Source of the DNA: Thermostichus sp. DRC_bins_24
GTDB lineage: Bacteria; Cyanobacteriota; Cyanobacteriia; Thermostichales; Thermostichaceae
Length of the DNA: 45,214 bases
Assembly: GCA_039794845.1 (NCBI GenBank)
Contig: JAUQVK010000081.1
Location: 1 to 45,214, forward strand
Direction: 5' to 3'
In this document: positions 29,899 through 38,891 of the stretch, piece by piece
How positions within the stretch are numbered: position 1 is the stretch's first letter
Layout of the letters: every line of letters starts with the position of its first letter
Program-made: the position numbers and the translations under genes
The notes under the pieces: model-generated
Seen by the model: only the letters and a program-made list of their open reading frames with translations
What the model was told of the DNA's origin: nothing
Databases searched by the model: none

Positions 29899-30666
29899 AT
29901 GCCAAGAGCCAGAAAAGCTGTTGAACGCGGTGGTGCCACACACCTTGCAAAGCAAGAGGGTGAGCCCGAGTCTGCTTGTGGAACTGAGGGAGCGCGGGAG
30001 GGGAGGAGCACCCTATCTGCGCAGCAGATCTCCACGTTGCTCCACGAGGTGCGCAACCCTCTCACCGCCTTGAATACCCTGGCCAAGCTGTTGCAAAAAC
30101 GTCTCCCCCCTGGGGATCGCAACCACTGGATTGGCCTCAGCATTGAGCAGGAGTGCAAGCATTTGCAGGATCTGCTGACGGAGTTTGAGCGCTCAGATGG
30201 GAGCCCGGCCCTGCAACCCCTTGCTTTGGCGGAGCTGTTGCGGGAGTGGATCCCGGTGTATCAAGCTTTGGTAGAAACCCAGGGGCACCACTTCCAGGCG
30301 ACAGTGCCACCCCAGCTGCCCTCGGTACAGGCGGATCCACGGGCGCTGCGCCAGGTGCTGGATAACTTGATCGACAATGCCTGCAAGTACACCCCAGCCC
30401 CCGGGGAGATCCGGTTGGCGGTGTCTCTGCAAACCCACTCCCAGCCCAATTCGGTATCGATCTCGGTGTGCGACAGTGGCCCTGGTATCCATCCAGAGAA
30501 TCTGGAGCGCATTTTCGATCCCTTTTTTCGGGTGGATCCCTCCAAACCAGGACAGGGGTTAGGGTTGGCCATCAGCCGTGACCTCGCCACCCGGATGGGT
30601 GGGCAGCTGCAGGTGGAGAGTTCCCCCCAGGGCTCCTGTTTTCACCTGAATTTACCCTTGGCCTAG
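29899..30666 (+). CDS. hik2: Hik2/CSK-like histidine kinase lacking a sensor domain
   Basis: HEVRNPLTALNTLAKLLQKRL..DRN H-box region with intact N (NLIDNA), G1 (DSGPG), F and G2 (GQGLGL) boxes and a very short N-terminus. An alternative ATG is at 29842. Confidence 0.75.
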   Translation: MPRARKAVERGGATHLAKQEGEPESACGTEGAREGRSTLSAQQISTLLHEVRNPLTALNTLAKLLQKRLPPGDRNHWIGLSIEQECKHLQDLLTEFERSDGSPALQPLALAELLREWIPVYQALVETQGHHFQATVPPQLPSVQADPRALRQVLDNLIDNACKYTPAPGEIRLAVSLQTHSQPNSVSISVCDSGPGIHPENLERIFDPFFRVDPSKPGQGLGLAISRDLATRMGGQLQVESSPQGSCFHLNLPLA

Positions 30667-30717
30667 GGAAAGACAAGGGATCCAATCCACGCCACGATCT
30701 GCTTTAGGAGCTGTACC

Positions 30718-31461
30718 ATGCCCTCCATCCCCCCAACACGAACAGAGACCTCTGGAACCGCTGCGCCGGCGAGGGTGATGCTGGTGGACGACGAGCCGGG
30801 TTTGCGGGATGCGGTGCAAGCCTACCTAGAAGACAGTGGGTTTGAGGTGATCCCTGCGGCCCATCCTCAGCAGGCTCTCCAGTTGCTCAGCACCACACAG
30901 CCGCAGCTGATCATCTCCGACATCATGATGCCTGGCATTGATGGCTATCAATTTTTGGCACAACTGCGGCAACTGGAGCCCTACAGCCACTTGCCCGTGG
31001 TGTTTCTCACCGCCAAAGGCATGACAGCCGACCGCATTCAGGGCTATCGCGCCGGGGTCGATGCCTATTTGCCCAAGCCCTTTGATCCTGAGGAATTGGT
31101 GGCCATCGTCTCCAATTTGCTTGAGCGCTCCCGAGCCGCCAATCCTTCCGAGGTCGTAGCCCGAGAGCTGGCCTCTATTCGGGCCCTGCTGTCCGAGCGA
31201 GCCCCGACCTTAGATACCCCCGCTCGTCCGCCGGCCACGTCCCCCTTGCCTCCGCCGATCAAGGTGGAGTTTACGCCACGAGAACAGCAGGTGCTGGAAA
31301 AAGTGGCAGAAGGGCTGATGAACAAAGAAATCGCCAAGCAACTGCAAACCAGCGTGCGCAATGTGGAGAAATACGTAACCCGCCTGCTGAACAAAACCGG
31401 CACCAGCAGCCGCACAGAGTTGGTTCGCTACGCCCTTACCTACGGTTTGATCAGTTTGTAA
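30718..31461 (+). CDS. rre1: NarL/LuxR-family response regulator Rre1/Ycf29
   Basis: LVDDEPGLRDAVQAYLED, SDIMMP, FLTAKGMTADRIQGY and GLMNKEIA..L.TSVRNVEKYV..LL.KTGT.SRTELVRYAL. Confidence 0.9.
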   Translation: MPSIPPTRTETSGTAAPARVMLVDDEPGLRDAVQAYLEDSGFEVIPAAHPQQALQLLSTTQPQLIISDIMMPGIDGYQFLAQLRQLEPYSHLPVVFLTAKGMTADRIQGYRAGVDAYLPKPFDPEELVAIVSNLLERSRAANPSEVVARELASIRALLSERAPTLDTPARPPATSPLPPPIKVEFTPREQQVLEKVAEGLMNKEIAKQLQTSVRNVEKYVTRLLNKTGTSSRTELVRYALTYGLISL

Positions 31462-31605
31462 ATCCAGTCCCTCGACGCATTCTTGCTTGCTATTGACTCT
31501 TGCTATTGACTGGGCTGAGGGTGGAAGCAATATAGCCTCTCTTCCCCCCCCAAATGATGATCTGCTGTAGTCACTTCAAATAAGAAGATACACTTTTTGA
31601 CTCCC

Positions 31606-31624
31606 CTCTCCCAGAGCGGGAGAG
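31606..31624. repeat. CTCTCCC-N5-GGGAGAG hairpin (cyanobacterial REP-like palindrome / possible terminator between convergent genes)
   Basis: Perfect 7-bp stem 3 bp from the pyrC stop, with no U-tract. Confidence 0.4.
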
Positions 31625-31627
31625 AGG

Positions 31628-32953
31628 CTAAGGCTGGTGCCGCGCTGTACAAGGGGGGTGATGGTTCCGACTGGCATCCCCCACTTGGGTGTGCAGCACC
31701 TTGCCGCGAAGGGTTTTCCCCAGCCAGGGTGTTGCTGCGGATTTCGACTGTAGGGTTGCTTCAGTAATGCTCCAGGTATGGGCGGGGTCGAACATCACCC
31801 AATGGTTGGCGGATTCGGGTTGCAGAGTCGGGGGATCCAGATTCAAACAGCGGGCTGGGTATAGGCTCAGGGCAGACCACAGTTGCACAGCGGTAAGGGC
31901 TCCCTTTTCCACCAGGTTTTGCCAGAGGAGGGGCAGAGCCAGTTCCAGGCCAATCGCCCCCACAGGGGCATCGGCAAAGGGCAGGGTTTTCTCCTCGTAG
32001 GTGTAGGGGCGGTGATCGGTGGCGATGCCAAGGCTGCCGGAGCGGATCCCTTCGATTAGAGCTTGACGATCGCTGCTGCTGGGTAAAGGGGGCAAGAGAT
32101 GCAGGTTGGGATCATAGTTTTGCTCGAATACGGCTTCTTCTGACAAAATCAGGTGCATCCAGGGGGTGCTGGCGGTGATCGGCCATCCTTCGGCTTGGGC
32201 CTGTTGGATGAGCTGTAGGCTACGGGCCTGGCTAACCCGCATGATGTGAATCGGAGCGGGAGAGGACACACTTCTAACCACCTCCAAAATTCTGGCCAAG
32301 GCAGCGGTTTCGGCACCGGCAGGGATCCCTTTTAACCCCAGGCGCAACGCCCACACCCCCTCGTACACACTGCCCTGGCCGGCAAGGGAGGGATCCCAGG
32401 CCCAAAGCATCAAGGGTTTATTCTCTATCCGCAAATACTCCAGGGCGCACCGCAAGAGCGCTAAGGAACGCAGGGGCTGATCTTCTGTAAAGCCAATCGC
32501 CCCCGCCCGCGCCAGTTCCCCCCATTCGCTCAGGGCATTTCCTTGGGTTCCCAAACTCAGGGCTGCCCAGGGCAACCAACGGGGATCCCCAGGTTTGCGA
32601 GTATAGCGGGTCAGTTGTTCGGCATGATCCAGCACCGGATCGGTTGTGGGGAGGAGTCCTACGTGGGTAAAGCCCCCTGCCAAAGCTGCCGCAGCCAAGG
32701 AGGTTAGGGTTTCGCGGCTTTCGTATCCCGGCTCGCCACTGTGAGCATACAAATCTACGAGCCCCGGCCCAAGCACCCAACCTGAGCCATCCCATACTGG
32801 CGTATCCTCCGGGCGCTCTGCAGGGCCAACAGCACAGATGCGGCCCTCCTCCAGCCACACGTCGGTTACTTGATCCCAATGGTGCAGTGGATCCAGTAAG
32901 CGCACTCCCTGTACGCACACTTTGGGGGGAAAGATTAGCCCCATCTGCTCCAC
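31628..32953 (-). CDS. pyrC: dihydroorotase (cyanobacterial type)
   Basis: PGLVDLYAHSGEPGYESRETL, ATDHRPYTYEEK and GAIGLELALPLLW motifs. Confidence 0.85.
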   Translation of the reverse strand: MEQMGLIFPPKVCVQGVRLLDPLHHWDQVTDVWLEEGRICAVGPAERPEDTPVWDGSGWVLGPGLVDLYAHSGEPGYESRETLTSLAAAALAGGFTHVGLLPTTDPVLDHAEQLTRYTRKPGDPRWLPWAALSLGTQGNALSEWGELARAGAIGFTEDQPLRSLALLRCALEYLRIENKPLMLWAWDPSLAGQGSVYEGVWALRLGLKGIPAGAETAALARILEVVRSVSSPAPIHIMRVSQARSLQLIQQAQAEGWPITASTPWMHLILSEEAVFEQNYDPNLHLLPPLPSSSDRQALIEGIRSGSLGIATDHRPYTYEEKTLPFADAPVGAIGLELALPLLWQNLVEKGALTAVQLWSALSLYPARCLNLDPPTLQPESANHWVMFDPAHTWSITEATLQSKSAATPWLGKTLRGKVLHTQVGDASRNHHPPCTARHQP

Positions 32954-32960
32954 AATGCCT

Positions 32961-34292
32961 CTACAGTGCTCCAGCTGCCGTGCAGTCCAAAATTTGGCCG
33001 GATAGGTGGGTGGTGAGGTTCAACACCTTCAAGACGGGAGCTCCATCTTTTCCGTCAGGATAGTCAATCACGGTAACGGCGCCATTGCCCTGCTTAAAGA
33101 TCCAAAAGGCTTGCGGGGAAAGGTCAAACAACTGACAGATGACCGCTTTGTTGATGGCATCGTGGGCGACGACAACAGCCGTCCCTTGAGGAAACTGGGC
33201 TTCGGTGGTAGCCAAAAGATCTTGCCAAGCTAGGCGTGTTCGCTCCCACACCTGGCTCAGGTTTTCCCCATTGGGCATTTGCACCTTAGCAGGATCCCGT
33301 TGCCACTGTTCCAGTTCCTCCGGATACTCCGCCTCAATTTCGCTTTGCAGCTTGCCCTCCCAGTCGCCGTGGCTGATCTCCTGCAAATCCGAGACGGGGC
33401 GCAAGATCAGGTTGCTGTGGTTTTCGCAGATGGCATCCGCCGTCGCCCAGGGACGCTTGAGTGGGCTGGAGAACGCCAGTTGCAAAGGCTGGTCTGCCAA
33501 AAATTCCGCCACCTTGGCCGCCTGTTCTATGCCCGTCGCGTTGAGGGGAATATCCCGCTGCCCCTGGAAGCGCTGCTCCCGGTTCCATTGGGTTTCGCCG
33601 TGCCTTACCAGCAAAATGCGCATCCCCTGCTTGCGTTTGGGCATGGCTTGGCCGAGGTGGATGGTGATGTTCAAAGATTCCAGTTGCGGAGGGGCTTGCA
33701 ACCCTTGGGGGAAGTTGAGAACGCTGATGGCGCAATTGTCTTGGCCAAGGCGGTGGTAGTGGTGGGGATCCAGCCCAATGGCGGTACTGATCAGGGCGCG
33801 ATTGATGCCGCTGTGCCCTACCAACAGGATGTTGGTGGGTTCCTCTTGAGTGGGGATCTCTTGCGCCAGAGCCCGCCAAAACTCGCTCGCCTGCTGCCAA
33901 AGATCCCGCACCGGAAAGCGCCCCTCCAGTTCCAAATTCTCGGGGTGCTGCCGCCATAGGTAATGGTCGTCAGGGTACTTCTCTTTCACCTCCGCAAAGG
34001 TCAACCCCTCCCAGGCTGTCAGGTCAATCTCCCGCAGCTGCTCGGTGATTTGCAAGGGGATCCCCTCCCGCTCGGCAAGAACAATTCGGGCTGTATCGAG
34101 GGCACGGGTTAGGGGGCTACAATAGGCTCGGTCAAACGGGATCCCGGCCAGAGCTTTGGCCACACATTTCGCCTGTGATTCGCCGGTAGAGGTGAGGCGG
34201 GATAAATCCGATCGACCTTGAATGCGGCTTTCCAGGTTAAAGGTACTCTCACCATGACGTACGATCACAACGCGGAGAGTGGGCTGAGCCAT
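32961..34292 (-). CDS. two-domain histidine phosphatase (phosphoserine phosphatase PspA / GpmB-like)
   Basis: Two RHG motifs (VRHGES, VRHGET), each with SPL.R and a downstream His. C-terminal LDCTAAGAL. Confidence 0.88.
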   Translation of the reverse strand: MAQPTLRVVIVRHGESTFNLESRIQGRSDLSRLTSTGESQAKCVAKALAGIPFDRAYCSPLTRALDTARIVLAEREGIPLQITEQLREIDLTAWEGLTFAEVKEKYPDDHYLWRQHPENLELEGRFPVRDLWQQASEFWRALAQEIPTQEEPTNILLVGHSGINRALISTAIGLDPHHYHRLGQDNCAISVLNFPQGLQAPPQLESLNITIHLGQAMPKRKQGMRILLVRHGETQWNREQRFQGQRDIPLNATGIEQAAKVAEFLADQPLQLAFSSPLKRPWATADAICENHSNLILRPVSDLQEISHGDWEGKLQSEIEAEYPEELEQWQRDPAKVQMPNGENLSQVWERTRLAWQDLLATTEAQFPQGTAVVVAHDAINKAVICQLFDLSPQAFWIFKQGNGAVTVIDYPDGKDGAPVLKVLNLTTHLSGQILDCTAAGAL

Positions 34293-34502
34293 CTTTCAAA
34301 ATAACTCACTCAAGAACACCTCTAGAGTATCGCCGATTGTGCTCCCCACAGCTTGGAAGACCATCCTGCTGTGCCTCGGTGGATCCCTCCTAGTTCGGAG
34401 GCTAAAACCCACCAAATACGTTCCCACTTCAAACTCGGATCCCACTGTTGAGGGATCCCTTGGAAACAATAAAACCCACTCTGGGAACGGGTTTGAGGGG
34501 TA

Positions 34503-34574
34503 AGCCCACGACGAGGATTGAACTCGTGACCTCCCCCTTACCAAGGGGGTGCTCTACCACTGAGCCACGTGGGC
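34503..34574 (-). tRNA. trnT: tRNA-Thr (GGT)
   Basis: GCCCACG/CGTGGGC acceptor stem and anticodon arm CCCCT-TGGTA-AGGGG. Confidence 0.96.
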
Positions 34575-34582
34575 AACTGAGG

Positions 34583-34668
34583 TGGTGGGCCGAGTTGGAT
34601 TTGAACCAACGTAGGCGTAAGCCAGCGGATTTACAGTCCGCCCCCTTTAACCCCTCGGGCATCGACCC
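34583..34668 (-). tRNA. trnY: tRNA-Tyr (GTA), CCA encoded
   Basis: GGGTCGA acceptor stem, GCGGA-CTGTAAA-TCCGC anticodon arm and long variable arm, in the usual Tyr-Thr tandem. Confidence 0.96.
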
Positions 34669-34806
34669 ATTCATGCCGGCTTCTCATGTTAGCAGAAAGT
34701 GTCGGGGAAGATCGAGAGCCGCCCCGGTGAAACCGGCATCTTGCTTGGACTCAGAATCCCTCGAGAGAAACTTGATATGGTGTAAGACAGTCTTTTTGAT
34801 CCCTTT

Positions 34807-36186
34807 ATGGTTTCTACCCTCGGTACTCTCACCCCAACGGCTCCGTCGCTTTCTCCCAATCAGTCTTTGCATCCGTTGACCAGCCGCACCAACAGCCACG
34901 GACACTTAGAAATTGGCGGCTGCGATGTGGTAGAGCTGGTGCAGCAGTTTGGTTCCCCACTCTACATTTTGGATGAGTGGACGCTGCGACGCGCCTGCCA
35001 GCTTTACCGAGATACCTTGGCCCAGTGCTACGCCGGGGGATCCCAGGTTTTGTATGCCACGAAAGCCTGGAACTGTTTGGCCGTTTGTGCCTTGGCCTTG
35101 CAAGAGGGGCTGGGGCTGGATGTGGCCTCGGGTGGGGAGCTGTATACGGCCTTGCGGGCGGGTGCCACCGGGGAGCAGCTGTACTTGCACGGCAATGCCA
35201 AGTCGGTGGAGGAGCTAAAAATGGCCCTCGAGGTAGGCTGTACCCTGGTTTCAGATAGTTTGTACGAGCTACAGCAGTTAGCAGCCTTGGCCACCCCAGA
35301 GCAGCCGGCTCGGTTACTGCTGCGGGTTAACCCGGGCATCGATGTGCATACTCACGAGTACATTCGCACCGGGCAAACCGATAGCAAGTTTGGCATCGGG
35401 CAGTTTCAGTTGGCGGAAGTGTTCGACTTCTTGAGCCTCCATCCACAGCTTCGGTGCGTTGGGTTCCACGCCCACATCGGATCGCAAATTTTTGATCTAC
35501 AAGGTCATCGAGACTTGGTAGGGGTGTTGGCCCAGATTTGGCGGCAAGGGTTGAGCAGAGGCCTGCCTTTGCAGGAGCTGAATGTGGGGGGGGGCCTTGG
35601 GATCCGCTATGTGGAGTCGGACGATCCCCCCTCGATTCCAACTTGGGTGGAAACCGTAGCCACCGCGGTTCAACAGGGGTTTGGATTGGCCGGGATCCCC
35701 TTGCCCAAAGTGCTCTGTGAACCCGGGCGGTCTCTGATTGGCCCAGCTGCGGTTACTGCCTACACCTTAGGGGGGCAAAAGAGGATCCCTGCCAGCAGTG
35801 ACCTGCCGGAAGGACGCACCTATATCACCATCGACGGTGGTATGTCCGATAACCCCCGTCCCATTACCTATCAAGCCCGCTATACGGCGCTACTGGCCAA
35901 TCGTCCCGAAGCAGAGGGCACTCAACGGATGACCGTGGCGGGTAAGCACTGTGAGTCGGGGGATGTGCTGCTGAAGGATATTCTGTTGCCTGCACCGATG
36001 GCGGGAGAGGTGTTGGTGGTGTTGGCAACAGGAGCCTACAACTACAGCATGGCCTCCAATTACAATCGTTTTCCCCGGCCGGCGGCGGTGCTGGTGCATG
36101 AGGGACAGGCCCAGCTGATTCTGCGACGAGAAACCTATGCCGATCTGGTTCGTCAAGACCTTCTGCCGGAGCGGTTGTTGCGTTGA
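34807..36186 (+). CDS. lysA: diaminopimelate decarboxylase
   Basis: YATKA (PLP Lys), DVASGGE, HIGSQI, EPGRS, HCESGD and GAYNYSMASNYN motifs. Confidence 0.96.
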   Translation: MVSTLGTLTPTAPSLSPNQSLHPLTSRTNSHGHLEIGGCDVVELVQQFGSPLYILDEWTLRRACQLYRDTLAQCYAGGSQVLYATKAWNCLAVCALALQEGLGLDVASGGELYTALRAGATGEQLYLHGNAKSVEELKMALEVGCTLVSDSLYELQQLAALATPEQPARLLLRVNPGIDVHTHEYIRTGQTDSKFGIGQFQLAEVFDFLSLHPQLRCVGFHAHIGSQIFDLQGHRDLVGVLAQIWRQGLSRGLPLQELNVGGGLGIRYVESDDPPSIPTWVETVATAVQQGFGLAGIPLPKVLCEPGRSLIGPAAVTAYTLGGQKRIPASSDLPEGRTYITIDGGMSDNPRPITYQARYTALLANRPEAEGTQRMTVAGKHCESGDVLLKDILLPAPMAGEVLVVLATGAYNYSMASNYNRFPRPAAVLVHEGQAQLILRRETYADLVRQDLLPERLLR

Positions 36187-36383
36187 ACGGAAAGGTTGGT
36201 TTGTGCAAAGCCCAATTGGGCGTCTGGGTTGCAATGGACGTGAGACAAGTGGGAGGTGAGTGGTAGGCTGGTCAGGGGGCCGCAGGTCTGAAGGAAGCCA
36301 CTAGGGCCGGGAGGTTCTGGGGCAAAGGGCGGGGCAGGCAAAGGGTCCGCAATGAGGGGAGAGCGTGAACGGGGTTTTTCGCC

Positions 36384-37298
36384 ATGCTGGCGGCCTTATG
36401 GGCTTGGCTACAGCAATTTAACATTCTCAGCCTCTTGGACTGGGCTCTGACAGTCTTTCTGTTGGCCTTGGCTCTCTATTACACCCGCGAAAGCCGAGCC
36501 GGGGTGATGGTGCGAGGATTCATTCTGCTGTTGGTGTTGTACTTAGCCACCGCCTCTTTGCCCCTAGTTCATCTGGTTTTGGATCGCTTACTCCTGGGCA
36601 CTGCCGTGGCCATGGGGGTGTTGTTTCAGCCGGAGTTCCGACGGCTTTTGGAGCAATTGGCGAGAACAATCCGCATTGAGTGGCCGGGCAACTCGGGAGA
36701 CTACGAGGACGATCCTGAGGAGGATTTGCTAGAGGAACTGGTGCAAGCGGTACGGGAACTCTCCCAGAACCGAACGGGGGCGTTGATTGTGATCGAGCCA
36801 GATCAGCCGATTGACTCGCGAGTGTTTACCGACAGAGGAGTGCCTTTGCAGGCGCGGGTGTCACGGGAGATTTTGCAAACCATTTTCCAAACCTCGACTT
36901 TGCTGCATGATGGGGCCGTTGTTATTCACCGGGATCGGATTCGGGCAGCAGGGGTGATTCTGCCGGTCTCGGAGCGGGTGGCCTCCCGACAACTGGGAAC
37001 ACGGCACCGCGCAGCGATGGGGATCACAGAACAAACCAATTGCTTGTGTATTGTGGTCTCAGAGGAAACGGGTTCCATCTCTCTGGCGGAGGGTGGGCGT
37101 ATGGAACGGCCCTTAACCAGTACAAAATTGCATGAGCTGTTGGTCCAACGGTTACGCAACCCCCGCGATGCCAAACGGGATGTTCCTAGGCTGTGGTCTC
37201 ACCCCTGGTTTCGCAACGGGCCACTGAGCTGGCGGGGATCCCTACGGGATCTGGTCAAATGGCCTCGCAAACCTGAAAAAACTCTTCCCAAAGAATAA
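36384..37298 (+). CDS. cdaA: diadenylate cyclase CdaA
   Basis: Three TMs, [22 protein letters not shown] and VSEETG motifs. Confidence 0.94.
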   Translation: MLAALWAWLQQFNILSLLDWALTVFLLALALYYTRESRAGVMVRGFILLLVLYLATASLPLVHLVLDRLLLGTAVAMGVLFQPEFRRLLEQLARTIRIEWPGNSGDYEDDPEEDLLEELVQAVRELSQNRTGALIVIEPDQPIDSRVFTDRGVPLQARVSREILQTIFQTSTLLHDGAVVIHRDRIRAAGVILPVSERVASRQLGTRHRAAMGITEQTNCLCIVVSEETGSISLAEGGRMERPLTSTKLHELLVQRLRNPRDAKRDVPRLWSHPWFRNGPLSWRGSLRDLVKWPRKPEKTLPKE

Positions 37299-37303
37299 TC
37301 CGC

Positions 37304-38050
37304 ATGACCCTTTCACCTGCCCATCTTCTCCAGTTGCCCGCCGATCTGGATCGACAGTTGTTACCCCACCATGTGGCGGTGGTCATGGATGGCAATGGGC
37401 GTTGGGCGCAGAAACGAGGCTTGCCCCGCAGCGTCGGGCATCAACGGGGGGTGTCGGCCCTGAAGGAGTTGTTGCGCTGCTGCGACGATTGGGGGATCCC
37501 AGCCCTGACCGCCTATGCTTTCTCCACCGAGAACTGGGGCCGTGCCCAGGAAGAAGTGGACTTTCTCATGACCTTGTTCGAGCAGGTGCTCTGGCGGGAA
37601 CTGCGGGAAATGGTGCAGCAGGGGGTGCGCATTCAGTTTGCCGGCCAGTTGTCGGCCTTGCCCAACTCTTTGCAGGAGACGATGTTGCATGCTGTGGACT
37701 GCACCCGCCACAACGAGGGCATTTGCCTAACGGTGGCCCTCAACTATGGGGGAAGACAGGAGATCCTGCAGGCCTGCCGGTCTATCGCCACGCTGGTGCA
37801 GCAGGGGCTGTTAGAGCCGGATCAGATCGACGAGGCGCTGTTCTCACAATTTCTCTACACCACCGGCCTTTCAGATCCCGACCTGTTGATCCGCACCAGT
37901 GGCGAAATGCGCATCAGCAACTTCCTCCTCTGGCAGATGGCCTACACCGAACAGTACTTCACCCCAATCCTCTGGCCCGATTTTGACCGGGCTGCTTTTC
38001 ATCAAGCCCTGTTGAGCTATCAATCGCGGCAGCGACGGTTTGGCAAATAG
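37304..38050 (+). CDS. uppS: undecaprenyl diphosphate synthase (isoprenyl transferase)
   Basis: [22 protein letters not shown] and [15 protein letters not shown] motifs. Confidence 0.96.
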   Translation: MTLSPAHLLQLPADLDRQLLPHHVAVVMDGNGRWAQKRGLPRSVGHQRGVSALKELLRCCDDWGIPALTAYAFSTENWGRAQEEVDFLMTLFEQVLWRELREMVQQGVRIQFAGQLSALPNSLQETMLHAVDCTRHNEGICLTVALNYGGRQEILQACRSIATLVQQGLLEPDQIDEALFSQFLYTTGLSDPDLLIRTSGEMRISNFLLWQMAYTEQYFTPILWPDFDRAAFHQALLSYQSRQRRFGK

Positions 38051-38060
38051 AAGCCCAAGG

Positions 38061-38884
38061 GATCCTAAGCAACACAACTCCAAGGACAAGAATATAAGGA
38101 CAAGAATATACAGATCAAGGCAGGAAAGCTGCCAAATGAATGGGAAAGCAAACCTAAAAAGGTTAGCTAGAAGGATAAAGATACTTGATGGACAAGGAAA
38201 AACGGGCAACCCTACTATGGCTACAAGAACCATGTCAATGAGATGTTGAGTATGGATTTACAGCCCTTTACGCCTAGGGCACGCTGGCGCGTTCGCCCAT
38301 GGCGGCCCATAGGGCACCGCTAGTCATGTGTAACAACCATGGAAGTTGAGTTCTAACCTCTGGAGGGCTAGCCCTCCGGGCCCCGCGAAAGCGGGAGCAG
38401 GAAGCACAAGCCCTGTCCTGGAAGACCCGCCTAAGGGCTGTATTCTTTGCTATGCAGTTACGAATGCAGCTGTGCACGACTCACAAGTGCTAGGAGCACT
38501 GCTGAATGCAGAGAACACATCAGGTACATCATGAGGAGACAGCGCTTATCGTAGTGCTTTACCAGAGGAAGTCTTGAAACTGATGGGATTTACAAGTGAA
38601 ATTCATGAGAGGAAATATCGGAATCAAGAACTTACAGAACCACAGGAGCAGGCCAATCAAGAGCGGTCTAAGATTAGAGCTAAGGTTGAGCATAACTTCG
38701 GCAGTTGGGTCAATGAAATGGGAGAGAAAGTTATTGAGACAATTGGGATAGTGAGGGCAGAGACAGTGATTGAATTAAGGAATCTGGCTTACAACTTTAA
38801 ACGATATATTTTTTGGGAGAAGCGAGCTCTGCATCAAGAGCTGCAAGTGGTTTGAGGGGGCAGTTTGTAGAATTTCTAGATGCC
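38061..38884 (+). pseudogene. IS5-family transposase remnant (5'-truncated, multiple stops/frameshifts, interrupted by a MITE)
   Basis: Fragments read PKQHNS..., WTRKNGQPYYGYKNHV, AVHDSQVL, DSAY, RAKVEH.FG and NLAYN. Stop at 38855 and a probable right IR ...TTTCTAGATGCC ending at 38884. AT-rich relative to the host. Confidence 0.85.
38261..38440. mobile_element. 180-bp MITE with 8-bp TIRs and TA target duplication
   Basis: TA-CAGCCCTT...AAGGGCTG-TA. Removing it restores the frame GFILCYAVT of the IS5 transposase. Confidence 0.85.
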
Positions 38885-38891
38885 GCAATCG

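Noticed and set aside
31531..31569. TA-TAGC...GCTG-TA mini element resembling the MITE ends
   Set aside because: The ends are only 4 bp and imperfect and there is no internal homology, so it cannot be told from chance.
34807..38050. lysA-cdaA-uppS linkage as a novel system
   Set aside because: It is a known conserved cyanobacterial arrangement.
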